Shown here: positions 28,196-38,500 of the stretch, in pieces
How the letters are laid out: each line of letters begins with the position of its first letter
How positions within the stretch are numbered: position 1 is the first letter of the stretch
Assembly (NCBI GenBank): GCA_900317845.1
Contig: ONII01000006.1
Location: forward strand, 15,172 to 79,171
Direction: 5' to 3'
DNA: 64,000 nucleotides
From: an uncultured Bacteroidales bacterium
Lineage (GTDB): Bacteria; Bacteroidota; Bacteroidia; Bacteroidales; UBA932
Made by a program: the position numbers and the translations under genes
Notes under the pieces: model-generated
What the model was told of the DNA's origin: nothing
Databases searched by the model: none
What the model saw: only the letters and a program-made list of their open reading frames with translations

Positions 28196-29764
28196 ATGGC
28201 ATCAGATATCGACAAATTCGTACATGACCAACTGTCGGTGTGGCCGGCGGTGGCTGCCAAGTACCGGGCACTGAAAAGCACCCGTACCCGTACCTTACCG
28301 CTGCGGGGCATGCTGGTTACGCTGCAGTCCAATCCGGGGCGCATGCCCATCTTCGACCACGGCTGTCCGCTCTGCGAGGAAAACTACATGGAGCATCAGC
28401 ACACGCTCCCGTTCGAGGGCCGGAAGGGCCGCAAGTACAATATTCTGGTAAACCGGGCGCCCATCTTCCCCAACCACCTGGTCATTACGCGCGATATCCA
28501 TGCCCCGCAAACCATCTGGCACCGCTTCCCGGATATGCTGGACCTGGCCGCTCAGTTGGAGAATTACATCGTCTTTTACAACAGCCCCAACAGCGGTACC
28601 ACCGTGCCGCAACACGCCCATTTCCAGGCATGCCCCAAGGGGTATATGCCGCTGGAGCGTGTGGCGGAGCGTCTGCTTCGGTCCGTCCGGGGAGGAGAAA
28701 CGCCTGCAGAGATTCGTTTCATCACTTCCGTTCGGGATGCGCAGCTCTATCATTACCAGGGATTTAACCGGGGCATTTTCATGCTGCGCGCTACCACCTC
28801 CAAGTCCATGGCCAAGCTCTTTTACCGGCTTCTGGACTGTCTGAATCTGCTGGCAGAGGAAACCGAGCCCCGCTTCAATGCCTTTACGTACTGCAGCGAG
28901 GGAGAGTTCCGGGCCGTCGTCATCCTTCGCAGCGCCTCGCGCCCGCAGTGCTATTATGCGGAAGGGGATGCCCATTTTGCCATTTCGCCCGGCGCGGCCG
29001 ATATGGCCGGCTTCTTTGTGGTGCCGGAGGAAGGGGATTTCGACCGCCTGAACGCAGAAGTCGTAGCCCGGATATATGACGATGTTACCTTGTCCGCCGC
29101 GGAGGAGGAGCGGCTCCTGTGGCGCCTGGTGCGCACCCAGCCCCGCATAGAGGTGGGTATCGTATCGGCTCCGCAGATTGGCTTTGAGATTATCTCGGAC
29201 GGCGCCGGCCCGCAGCAGGTATCGTACCGGGAAGGAAAGATAGACTACAATGGGGTCCTGTACGACGAACTGGTGTTCGAGGCCGTGACCATTTCCACCC
29301 TCTTCGCGGAGCCTTCTTTCATTCTGTACGGGGAAGGGGAGCCCATGCGTTTTGCCGGCACGCTCAAGTTCATCGTGAACGAGGGAAAGGTGCAGGCGGT
29401 GAACGTGATAGGTGCAGAAGATTACCTGCTCAGCGTGGTGTCACTCCTGCCGGAAACGCAGCGCAAGGAGGCGGCCATCACCATCCGTACACGGCTCATG
29501 GAACGGATCGCCCACCGGAAGGCGGGGCATTGCGCGGTAAGAGGCCCGGAGCTCGGGAGCACGGAAGAGGTTGTTACGTGGCTGGCTCATCGGCCTGCTT
29601 CAACGGGCGTGCCGGAAGAGGCTCCCGTCCATGTGCGGTACGATGTTTGCGCCGGGGAACACTGCTGGCGCTATATCGGCCTTACAGACCACGCCGATGC
29701 CCATGCCCGCTCCGTTATTGACGAAACTTGGGGACAAACCAATGGCAACGATAGGCATATTTGA
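28196..29764 (+). CDS. DUF4922-like HIT-fold nucleotidyltransferase/phosphorylase fused to a truncated SpoIID-like domain
   Basis: LQSNPGR, CPLC, HAHFQ, ISPGAADMAG; C-terminal IEVGIV, YNGVLYDEL, FAGTLKFIV, VNVIGAEDYL, YDVCAGEHC. Confidence 0.75.
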   Translation: MASDIDKFVHDQLSVWPAVAAKYRALKSTRTRTLPLRGMLVTLQSNPGRMPIFDHGCPLCEENYMEHQHTLPFEGRKGRKYNILVNRAPIFPNHLVITRDIHAPQTIWHRFPDMLDLAAQLENYIVFYNSPNSGTTVPQHAHFQACPKGYMPLERVAERLLRSVRGGETPAEIRFITSVRDAQLYHYQGFNRGIFMLRATTSKSMAKLFYRLLDCLNLLAEETEPRFNAFTYCSEGEFRAVVILRSASRPQCYYAEGDAHFAISPGAADMAGFFVVPEEGDFDRLNAEVVARIYDDVTLSAAEEERLLWRLVRTQPRIEVGIVSAPQIGFEIISDGAGPQQVSYREGKIDYNGVLYDELVFEAVTISTLFAEPSFILYGEGEPMRFAGTLKFIVNEGKVQAVNVIGAEDYLLSVVSLLPETQRKEAAITIRTRLMERIAHRKAGHCAVRGPELGSTEEVVTWLAHRPASTGVPEEAPVHVRYDVCAGEHCWRYIGLTDHADAHARSVIDETWGQTNGNDRHI

Positions 29765-30506
29765 CTCCGGATGCGGCGGGCTCTCGGTATACCGGGAGCT
29801 CATCAAGGTCCTGCCGCAGGAACAGTATCACTATTTCTCCGACAATGCGCATTGCCCGTACGGAGAAAAAACGCCCCTGTACATTCAGCGGCGCGGGCGT
29901 TTTATCACGGAATTTCTCCTGGACAAAGGGGCCGATATCATTGTGGTTGCCTGCAACACGGCAACCGCCGCGGCCATTGCTACGCTGCGGGCAGAGTACC
30001 CGGACGTGCCGTTTGTGGGCATGGAGCCGGCTGTAAAACCGGCGGCGCTGGGAACGCACACAGGGGTGATAGGCGTGCTGGCTACGGCGGGTACGCTAAA
30101 AGGCTCCAAGTACCTGACCACAAGGGGCTTGTATGAGGATAACGTGCGCATTGTAGAGCACGTGGGACAAGGCTTTGTAGAGCTGGTAGAGGCCGGCAAA
30201 CTGGATGGTCCGGAAACCGTGGAAACCGTGCGTGCTTCCCTGAAGCCACTGCTTGCCGCCGGGGCCGATACCATTGTCCTCGGCTGCACGCACTATCCTT
30301 TCCTGCAGCCGGTGATTGAGCGGCTGTCCGGTCCGGATGTGCGGGTGATCGACCCAGCTCCTGCCGTGGCTCGGCAAACCGTTCATGTGCTGGAGCAGCG
30401 TGGTATTGTAACCGGTGTGGGGCCGTTCTCCGTGGAGCTGCATGCTTCCGGGGACCCCACCGCCCTCCGGCGTATTTTTGCCCTGGTGGAGGCGGGTGAT
30501 AAGTAA
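29742..30506 (+). CDS. murI: Glutamate racemase
   Basis: IGIFDSGCGGLS, CPYG, VACNTAT, GMEPAVKPA, VLGCTHYP. Confidence 0.96.
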   Translation: MATIGIFDSGCGGLSVYRELIKVLPQEQYHYFSDNAHCPYGEKTPLYIQRRGRFITEFLLDKGADIIVVACNTATAAAIATLRAEYPDVPFVGMEPAVKPAALGTHTGVIGVLATAGTLKGSKYLTTRGLYEDNVRIVEHVGQGFVELVEAGKLDGPETVETVRASLKPLLAAGADTIVLGCTHYPFLQPVIERLSGPDVRVIDPAPAVARQTVHVLEQRGIVTGVGPFSVELHASGDPTALRRIFALVEAGDK

Positions 30507-30583
30507 GCGGCTGATTACCAGTCGTTTGTAATATAATCCTCGTTCGTTTTTTGAACGAGGAATGTGTTAAAACCAGTTGATTT
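30505..30583. repeat. Palindromic dispersed element, copy 1 (core ATAATCCTCGTTC-GTTTTTT-GAACGAGGA at 30533-30561)
   Basis: 33/41 identity over the left half to the copy at 33290-33330. Confidence 0.75.
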
Positions 30584-30591
30584 ACAATAAG

Positions 30592-31839
30592 ATGAGTGTC
30601 ACAAAGAAATTCGTTCTGACAACCCTTTCCCTTCTTTTGAGTGTAGTTTTGCACGCGCAGGTGCTCACGGGCATCGACGTGCTGCAGATGAACGGCTTCG
30701 AGGAACTTCGCGGCAAGCGGGTGGGGCTGGTGACCAACCCCAGCGGAGTGGACCGAAACCTTCGTTCCACCATCGACATTCTGTTCGAAGCCCCGGAGGT
30801 GAATTTGGTGGCGCTCTATGGCCCTGAGCACGGTGTTCGTGGCGATGCCTACGCCGGCGACCACGTAGAGGGCAGCACGGACGCCAAAACCGGGCTGCCG
30901 GTATTTTCCCTTTATGGGAGCACGCGGGAGCCTTCGCCGGAGATGCTCAAGGATATCGACGTGATGGTGTACGATATCCAGGATGTCGGGGTGCGCTGCT
31001 ACACCTTCATCTCCACGCTGGGCCTGGTGATGCGCGCCTGCGGCAAGGCCGGGATTGAGGTCCTGGTGCTGGACCGGCCCAATCCGCTGGGCGGGAACAA
31101 GGTGGAAGGTCCGCTGGTGGAGGAGGGTTATTACTCCTTCGTGAGCCAGTTCCATATTCCGTTTGTGTACGGCCTCACGGTAGGGGAGCTGGCCGCACTC
31201 ATCAACGAAGAAGGCCTGAACAAAGGCCAGAAAGGGGACCAGGAGCACATCCGCTGCAAGCTGAACGTAGTAGCCATGCGCGGCTGGCACCGTTGGATGC
31301 AGTTTCGTGACACCGGCCTGCCCTGGATCCTGCCTTCGCCCAACATCCCATCCATGGAAAGCGCCCTTTGCTACGCTTCTTCCGGCATTTGCGGCGAATA
31401 CGGCCACATTCACACCGGGGTGGGGTACACCATTCCCTTCCAGACCTTCGCCATTGACTGGATCGATGCCGATGCCCTCAAGGCCCGCCTGGACAGCTAT
31501 CATCTCCCGGGCGTGGCATTCCGCACCATCCATTACAAGCCCATCGCCGGGTACTACAACGGCAAGCTGGTGCATGGCGTCCAGTTCTTCTTTACGGACT
31601 TTGAAAAGGCCCCGGTGTCCCTCCTGCAGTTCTATGTGATGCAGGCTGTCCAGGAACTTTGGCCCGCCCACAATCCCTATCCTCTCAAAAAGACGCGCAT
31701 GCTGGATATCGTTTGTGGTACGGATTATGTAAGAGTCAATTTTGGAAAGCGCCTGAAGGTGGCCGATATTGCAGCCTACTGGAACAAGGACGCGGATGCT
31801 TTCAAGGCCCTTTCCCGCAATTACTATTTATACGATTAA
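30592..31839 (+). CDS. Exo-beta-N-acetylmuramidase NamZ family (DUF1343)
   Basis: GLVTNPSG, LYGPEHG, YDIQDVGVRCYT, LDRPNP, PSPNIP. Confidence 0.92.
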   Translation: MSVTKKFVLTTLSLLLSVVLHAQVLTGIDVLQMNGFEELRGKRVGLVTNPSGVDRNLRSTIDILFEAPEVNLVALYGPEHGVRGDAYAGDHVEGSTDAKTGLPVFSLYGSTREPSPEMLKDIDVMVYDIQDVGVRCYTFISTLGLVMRACGKAGIEVLVLDRPNPLGGNKVEGPLVEEGYYSFVSQFHIPFVYGLTVGELAALINEEGLNKGQKGDQEHIRCKLNVVAMRGWHRWMQFRDTGLPWILPSPNIPSMESALCYASSGICGEYGHIHTGVGYTIPFQTFAIDWIDADALKARLDSYHLPGVAFRTIHYKPIAGYYNGKLVHGVQFFFTDFEKAPVSLLQFYVMQAVQELWPAHNPYPLKKTRMLDIVCGTDYVRVNFGKRLKVADIAAYWNKDADAFKALSRNYYLYD

Positions 31840-31858
31840 CCTTTAAAACAGAGACGCT

Positions 31859-33277
31859 ATGAGAAGATTTATGACCTATGCCGCTTCGTTAGTAATGGCA
31901 CTGTCCATGCTCACGGCTCCCGATATGCTGGCCCAGTCCCGTTCGGGCGGCGGCTCCACTACCACCCGTTCTACTGGAAGTTCCAGCAGTTCTTCCAGTA
32001 GCCGCTCCAGTTCAAGCACCCGTTCTTCCGGCAGCAGCCAGCAGGTGACCCGTTCTTCCGGCAGCTCTTCGAGCTCGCGTTCCAGCGGGAGCAGCAGCTC
32101 GCAGGTGAGCCGCTCCAGCAGCAGTAGCAGCCAGCAGGCCACGCGCTCCAGCGGCACCAGCACCACCACCCGCTCCAGCGGAAGCTCTACCCGTTCCAGC
32201 GGCACCAGCAGCACCCGTTCCAACAGCGTCACCACCCGTTCGTCCGGAAGTTCTTCGGTGAGCAGCGGTTCGCAGGCGCGTTCCTCGAGTTCGAGCAGCA
32301 GTTCCTCTTCCGCAGTGACGAGCAGCTCCCAGGCCCGTTCCTCCAGCACGGCAACGGTGCAGAGTGACACCCGTGCCACCAGTGGCACCGCCCAGGCCGT
32401 TACCGGAACCACCGTGCGCTCCTCCAACGTGAGCCGCAGCGGCCTTACCTCCAGCGTGGGGCAGGATTCCGCTCCCGTGAACCCCACCTATCGTGACAAC
32501 GGATACAACTACCGCTACAGTGACGATATGCGCGTGGACGACCGCCACAACATGTACCGTGTTGCCCCGCGTTACCGTGATCCCATGCCTTGGGACCGGG
32601 CCGGTTACTTCTGGGGAGATCATCCGCACTACTACGGCTACCGCATCCACAGCCTGCCGCCGCACTGGCGCCGGATTCGCCACTGGGGGATCGACTATTA
32701 CTACTACAACGGCATTTATTACCGTCCTTACGGCGGGGCCTATGTCGTTTGCCGTCCTCCTTTTGGCACACCGCTGGAGGTTGCCATCGACCGGGCGCTG
32801 TTCCATGCCATTCGTTTCGCGTACTACTGCGACACCTATCGCACCTACTCGCGCACCTTTGACTACTACAACGTCATTGCCCGGCAAAACCTGATTATCG
32901 CCCAGCAGAATGCCCGCCTCATTGCCCAGCAGAAGTCCTATGCCATCAACGCCAACCGTGCGCTGTCGGCCTATGAGCTGGCCAACCGCCTGGGGCTGGT
33001 ACAGAGTTACGCCTACGCCAACTCCGAGTACTTCTACCAGGACGGCGTGTTCTACACCCTCTCCGCTTCCGGCACAGTTTCTACCATCGTTCCTCCTGCA
33101 GGTGCGCTGGTGAGCTCCCTCCCGGACGACTATGAGATCATAGTCATGGACGGTATCGAGTACTATATGGTGGACAACACCGTGTACCGCACCACCCTGT
33201 TTGAGGGCGTTCCTTACCTGGAGGTCCTGGGGCAGATGTACGGTTCGCTGTATACCCAGTACAATGTGTACCGGTAA
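31859..33277 (+). CDS. Secreted protein with long Ser/Thr-rich region and C-terminal DUF6515-like Tyr-rich repeats
   Basis: Signal peptide, ~170-aa S/T/R/G low-complexity tract, YYYYNGIYY, YFYQDGVFY, VPPAGALVSSLP, YYMVDNTVY. Confidence 0.72.
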   Translation: MRRFMTYAASLVMALSMLTAPDMLAQSRSGGGSTTTRSTGSSSSSSSSRSSSSTRSSGSSQQVTRSSGSSSSSRSSGSSSSQVSRSSSSSSQQATRSSGTSTTTRSSGSSTRSSGTSSTRSNSVTTRSSGSSSVSSGSQARSSSSSSSSSSAVTSSSQARSSSTATVQSDTRATSGTAQAVTGTTVRSSNVSRSGLTSSVGQDSAPVNPTYRDNGYNYRYSDDMRVDDRHNMYRVAPRYRDPMPWDRAGYFWGDHPHYYGYRIHSLPPHWRRIRHWGIDYYYYNGIYYRPYGGAYVVCRPPFGTPLEVAIDRALFHAIRFAYYCDTYRTYSRTFDYYNVIARQNLIIAQQNARLIAQQKSYAINANRALSAYELANRLGLVQSYAYANSEYFYQDGVFYTLSASGTVSTIVPPAGALVSSLPDDYEIIVMDGIEYYMVDNTVYRTTLFEGVPYLEVLGQMYGSLYTQYNVYR

Positions 33278-33280
33278 GGA

Positions 33281-33387
33281 GTGACTACTAAGTGACTGAA
33301 TATCATTGATTTGTTATATAATCCTCGTTCAAAAACCGAACGAGGATTATTGTATAAGTGGCTGCGAATCGGTAAATTAGCAGTCAC
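33281..33387. repeat. Palindromic dispersed element, copy 2 (perfect 13-7-13 core at 33318-33350; outer 11-bp imperfect inverted repeat)
   Basis: ATAATCCTCGTTC-AAAAACC-GAACGAGGATTAT; GTGACTACTAA...TTAGCAGTCAC. Confidence 0.78.
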
Positions 33388-33436
33388 GGGTGGCGTGAGC
33401 TGGGTGTATGGAAGTTTTTTTGTATCTTTGTAGTCT

Positions 33437-34579
33437 ATGACTACACTGGAACAAATAAAGGACCTGCAGGAGCGTGTGGCAGCGCTGAACGCCTGTCTGG
33501 ATATCCCCGGCAAGCGGAAGGAAGTAGCCGCCAAGACGGAAGAAACATTGGCCCCGGATTTCTGGGGAGACCCCAAAGCGGCGGAGGCTTTCCTGAAAAA
33601 ACTCTCCGGCATCAAGTCCTGGATAACGGACTACGACAAGGCAAAGGGTCTTGCCGATGACCTGGACGTACTGTACGAATTTGCCAAAGAAAGTATTGCC
33701 GGCCGGGAAGAAGAAGCTGTGGAAACAGCGGAGACGCAAGAGCTTGCACAAAGTTTCCAGCAGGCGACAGACGCCGTGGAGGCCCTGGAACTGAGGAACA
33801 TGCTGGGGAACGAGGGCGACAATCTGGGCGCCGTGCTCACCATCAATTCCGGCGCCGGCGGAACAGAGGCCAACGACTGGAGCGCCATGCTCATGCGCAT
33901 GTACCTCCGCTGGGGGGAACGCAACGGCTACAAGATGACCGTCACGTCCCTCTTGGAAGGCGAAGAAGCCGGCATCAAGAGCTGCACCATCGAGGTAGAA
34001 GGGGATTATGCCTATGGCTACCTCAAGGCAGAAAACGGCGTGCACCGCCTGGTGCGCATTTCGCCCTTCAATGCCCAGGGCAAGCGTCAGACCACGTTTT
34101 CCAGCGTATTCGTGTACCCGCTGGTAGACGACAGCATCAACATTGAGATTAATCCCGGAGATTTGGAATGGGACACCTTCCGCAGCGGCGGCCATGGCGG
34201 CCAGAATGTGAACAAGGTGGAAACCGGCGTACGTGTGCGCCACATCCCCTCCGGCATCATGGTGGAAAATACGGAAACCCGCAGCCAGCAGGACAACCGC
34301 CAGCGGGCCCTCCTCATCCTGAAATCGCGCCTGTACGACATCGAGCTCAAAAAGCGCCAGGAAAAGCAGGCGGAGCTGGAAGGCCAGAAAAAACGCATCG
34401 AGTGGGGCTCCCAAATCCGCAACTACGTACTTCACCCCTACAAATTGGTGAAAGACCTCCGCACCGGTTACAACACGGCCGATACCCAGGCCGTACTGGA
34501 CGGCGACCTCAACGAATTCATGAAAACCTATCTGATGGGTAAAGGCAGTGCCGTTACCGATTCCGACAATCTGGACTGA
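33437..34579 (+). CDS. prfB: Peptide chain release factor 2 (uninterrupted frame)
   Basis: [11 protein letters not shown] (SPF), [19 protein letters not shown]; TATCTTTG box 33423-33430. Confidence 0.96.
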   Translation: MTTLEQIKDLQERVAALNACLDIPGKRKEVAAKTEETLAPDFWGDPKAAEAFLKKLSGIKSWITDYDKAKGLADDLDVLYEFAKESIAGREEEAVETAETQELAQSFQQATDAVEALELRNMLGNEGDNLGAVLTINSGAGGTEANDWSAMLMRMYLRWGERNGYKMTVTSLLEGEEAGIKSCTIEVEGDYAYGYLKAENGVHRLVRISPFNAQGKRQTTFSSVFVYPLVDDSINIEINPGDLEWDTFRSGGHGGQNVNKVETGVRVRHIPSGIMVENTETRSQQDNRQRALLILKSRLYDIELKKRQEKQAELEGQKKRIEWGSQIRNYVLHPYKLVKDLRTGYNTADTQAVLDGDLNEFMKTYLMGKGSAVTDSDNLD

Positions 34580-35583
34580 TGAAAAGACTCCTCCTCCTTC
34601 TTCTGCCTGTTCTGGCGCTTGTCGCTTGCTCTCACCGCGTGAAACCGGTTCATTCAGACCCGGTTACGGTGAAAGTGAATCCGGTGGCTGCAGAAACCAC
34701 GCATGTGATGGCCTCTTATGTGGGCAAGGCAGAGACCACCGGCACCACCATCCTTTCGGCTCCGTATGCCGGCACGCTGGTGGAAATCCCCGTCAAGCAG
34801 GGCCAGAGCGTAAAAAAGGGCCAGGTGCTCTCCCGCGTGTATTCGGAGCAGGTGAAGGCCGCCTTTGACATGGCCCGGGCATCGCTTGCGCAGGCGGAGG
34901 ACGGCTTTGAGCGCATCCAGAAACTCAAGGACGGCGGAGCCGTGGCCGATGTCAAAGTGGTGGAAATTGAAACCCAGCTGGCCCAGGCTCGTGCTGCCCA
35001 GGCGGCTGCCCGCCAGACGCTGGAAGAAGGTATCCTCAAGGCCCCCTTCGACGGCGTTGTCGGGGAGGTATATGCCCAGAAAGGCATTCGTGTGGATGTT
35101 CTTCAGCCGCTGGTGCAGCTGCTGGACCGCAGCGGTACCTATGTCCGTTTTGCGGTTCCGGAAACGGAAATCCTGCAACTGGACCCCGGCATGGCAGTGG
35201 AGATAGAAGTCCCGGCCCTGGAGAAAACCTTCCAGGCCACCGTGGAAACCAAAGGCGTTGTGGGGCAGCCCCTGTCCCATGCATACGACTGCCTGGCCCG
35301 CGTGACGGACAAATCGCTCCTGCCCGGCATGGTGTGCAAAGTTCGCGTCCTGATGCCCTCTGCCACGCACATCCTGTGCCCTGCCAGTGCCGTGCGCACC
35401 GGAGCGGAAGGGCGCTACGTCTGGTGTGTAGAGCAGGGCATCGCAGTTCGTAAAGATATCGTTGTCGGCGGGTACAGCGGCCGCAACATCATTGTGGAAA
35501 GCGGCCTCCGGGAAGGGGATCTTCTCATTGTGGAAGGTGCCCGCAAGGTGTCCGGCGGCATGCGGGTAAAAACCGTTCAATAG
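34579..35583 (+). CDS. RND efflux periplasmic adaptor (MFP) lipoprotein
   Basis: Lipobox LVAC, GQSVKKGQVL, LKAPFDGVV, LLPGM, GLREGD. Confidence 0.9.
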   Translation: MKRLLLLLLPVLALVACSHRVKPVHSDPVTVKVNPVAAETTHVMASYVGKAETTGTTILSAPYAGTLVEIPVKQGQSVKKGQVLSRVYSEQVKAAFDMARASLAQAEDGFERIQKLKDGGAVADVKVVEIETQLAQARAAQAAARQTLEEGILKAPFDGVVGEVYAQKGIRVDVLQPLVQLLDRSGTYVRFAVPETEILQLDPGMAVEIEVPALEKTFQATVETKGVVGQPLSHAYDCLARVTDKSLLPGMVCKVRVLMPSATHILCPASAVRTGAEGRYVWCVEQGIAVRKDIVVGGYSGRNIIVESGLREGDLLIVEGARKVSGGMRVKTVQ

Positions 35584-35586
35584 CCC

Positions 35587-38500
35587 ATGGAGGTAAGCCG
35601 GTACAAGAAGGGAATCGCAGGATGGGTCCGCTGGACCATTCAGCACAAGAAGGTGGTCTATCTTCTTGTGGCGGCCCTTTGTGTACTGGGTATCTGGGGC
35701 GTGAGCCGGATCAATAAGGACGAATTCCCCACCTTTGAGATTAAGCAGGGCCTGGTCGTGGGCATCTATCCCGGCGCCACCGCCCAGCAGGTAGAGGACC
35801 AGCTGGCAGGGCCCCTGGAACAAACCCTTTTAACGTTCAAGGAAGTGATTCGCAGCACCTTGCATACGGTGAGCAAGGATGGCATCTGCTATATCTATGC
35901 AGACCTGGATTGTCCCATGTCCAGGAAGGACGATGTCTGGTCCAAAATCAGGCTCCGGCTGCAGCAGGAAAAGCTGTTGCTGCCCGCCGGCGTTCTGGCA
36001 GTGGCTGCCCTGGACGACTTTACCTCGCTGTCGGCCATCATGCTCTCCATCCAGTCCACCGACAAGGGATACGGGGAATTGGAAGAACTGGCCGATGCAC
36101 TAAGCGAGCGCTTTCGCCGCATTGACCAACTTGCCAGCGTAAGAGTACTGGGAACGCGTCCGGACGAGATTGCTGTGCACGTGGATATGGACCGGGTAAG
36201 TGCATACGGAATAGACCCGGCCACGCTGCTTTTGAATTACCAGACTGCCTCCGTGCCCATTCCGGGCGGAAGTTTTGACGCCTCCTATGTGAGTGCGCCC
36301 ATTCATGTGAATCCGGCCATTACTTCGGAACAGGAGATAGGGGACCGCGTGGTGTTCGCCAGCCCCGCCGGGGATGTGGTGCGCCTGAAGGATATTGCCC
36401 GCATCGAGCGCCGCTATCAGGCTGCCACCGAGGAGGTCAGCTACAATGGAATGCCCTGTGTGGTCCTGTCCCTGGAGTCCAGGCAGGGGAACGACATCAC
36501 GGCCTTTGGCCGGGATGTAGACCGCGTTCTGGAGGAGTTCCACTCGGAACTGCCGCACAGCGTTACCATTACCAAAATCACCGACCAGCCCAAGGTGGTG
36601 GGGGACTCCGTCTTCAACTTCATGCGGGACCTGGTGGTGGCCATGCTGGTGGTGGTGCTGGTGATGCTCCTGTTGTTCCCGCTCAAGAGTGCCCTCATCG
36701 CATCGTCCGGTTTGCCTGTTATTACGGCGATGACGCTGTGTATCATGTATTTTACAGGTATCGACCTGAATACTGTTACGCTGGCAGCCCTGATTACTTG
36801 CCTGGGCATGATTGTGGACGACTCCATCATCACCATGGACGGCTATATGGACAAACTGGGGCGGGGAATGAACCGTTTGGATGCCGCCTGCGCCAGTGCC
36901 AGGGAACTGTTCATGCCCACCTTTGTGGCTACGCTCGCCATCTCGCTCATGTTTTTCCCCATCAAGGTGATTCTGAGCGGCTATATGCGGGACTTCGTGA
37001 AGTTCTTCCCCTGGATTATCCTGTGCGCCCTGATGCTGTCACTGGTGTATGCTGTGTCCATGGTGCCGTCGCTGGAAACCCGTTTCATCAGCGAGCCGCA
37101 CCGGGGCAACGAGAACCTGGTGGCCCGCATCCAGTCCAAACTGTTCCGCTTTATCGAAGGCGGATACGCCCGGGCGCAGGAGTGGTGCTTCCGACACCCC
37201 TATATGACGCTTTGCGGAGCGCTTACGGCGGTGGCCATGGGGGTACTCATGTTCCTTACGCTCAATTTCCAGATGATGCCCAAGGCCAACCGGGACTTCT
37301 TCTGTGTGGAGGTAGAACTGGAAGGGGGCCATTCCGCAGAACGCACCCGTGAGGTGACAGATTCGCTGGAAAGCATCTTTCTGGCCGATGAAAGGGTGGT
37401 CTCTGTGACTACCTACCGGGGGCTGAGCGTGCCGCGCTTCAGCGCCACTTATGCGCCCAAAATTCCGTCTCCCTCCAGCGCCCAGCTCATTGTGAAAACC
37501 ATCTCCAACAAGGCTACGGTGCAACTCATTCAGGAGTATGAAGGGCACGAGGCCATGTTCCCGGAGGCACTTCTCCGCGTTAAGCAGATGGATTACCAGC
37601 TGGTGGAGGCTCCGGTGCACGTGATTTTCAAGGGAGAGAACCGGGAGGCGCTGTACCCGGCGGCGGATGCCCTCCGGGCGCAGATGGCCAGGATGGATAC
37701 GCAGCTCAAGTGGGTGCATGCCGACAATGACAATTTGCAGCCCATGGTGAATATCCGCCTGGATGCGGACGAAGCGTCGCGCCTGGGCGTGAACCGGGGC
37801 TTGCTTTCCCTGCAGCTGGCCGGCTCCTTCAATGGCCGGTCCATCGCGTCCGTATGGGAAAACGGCCGTTCGCTGCCCGTTACCTTGTATGCAGAGGGGC
37901 TGGAAGGGGATATGCCCTATACCGTGATCGGGGACCAGATGGTAGCATCGGCCCTGCCGGGTGTAAGCATTCCGCTGCGGCAGGTGGCTTCCGTGGAGCC
38001 GGACTGGCAGGTGGCGCAGTTGCACCGCTGGGGCGGGGAATCGTCCGTGAGCGTATATGCCGACACCAAAATGGGCATCAGCCAGCCGCAGGTAATGAAG
38101 GAAGTGGAGGACTATGTGAATCACCTGGAATTGCCGGAGGGCGCCCATGTGCAGTATAGCGGCCTTTCTTCGCTGAATGCGGTGCTGGGGCCGGAGATTG
38201 CAATTGCCTTCTTTGTGGCCTGCCTCATTCTGTTTGTCTTCCTGCTGTTCCACTTCAAGAAGGCCAGTATTGCCCTGCTTACCATGGCCATGAGTACCCT
38301 GTGCCTGTTCGGCGCCTTCCTGGGCATGTGGCTCTTCAACCTGGACTTTGGCATGACGGCGGCCCTGGGCCTCATCTCCCTGGTGGGCATTGTGGTGCGC
38401 AACGGCATCCTCATGTACGAATTTGCAGAGGACAAGCGCTTTAAAGACGGTGCCGATGTCCGCACGGCCGCCATGGAAGCCGGCAAACGCCGCGTCCGTC

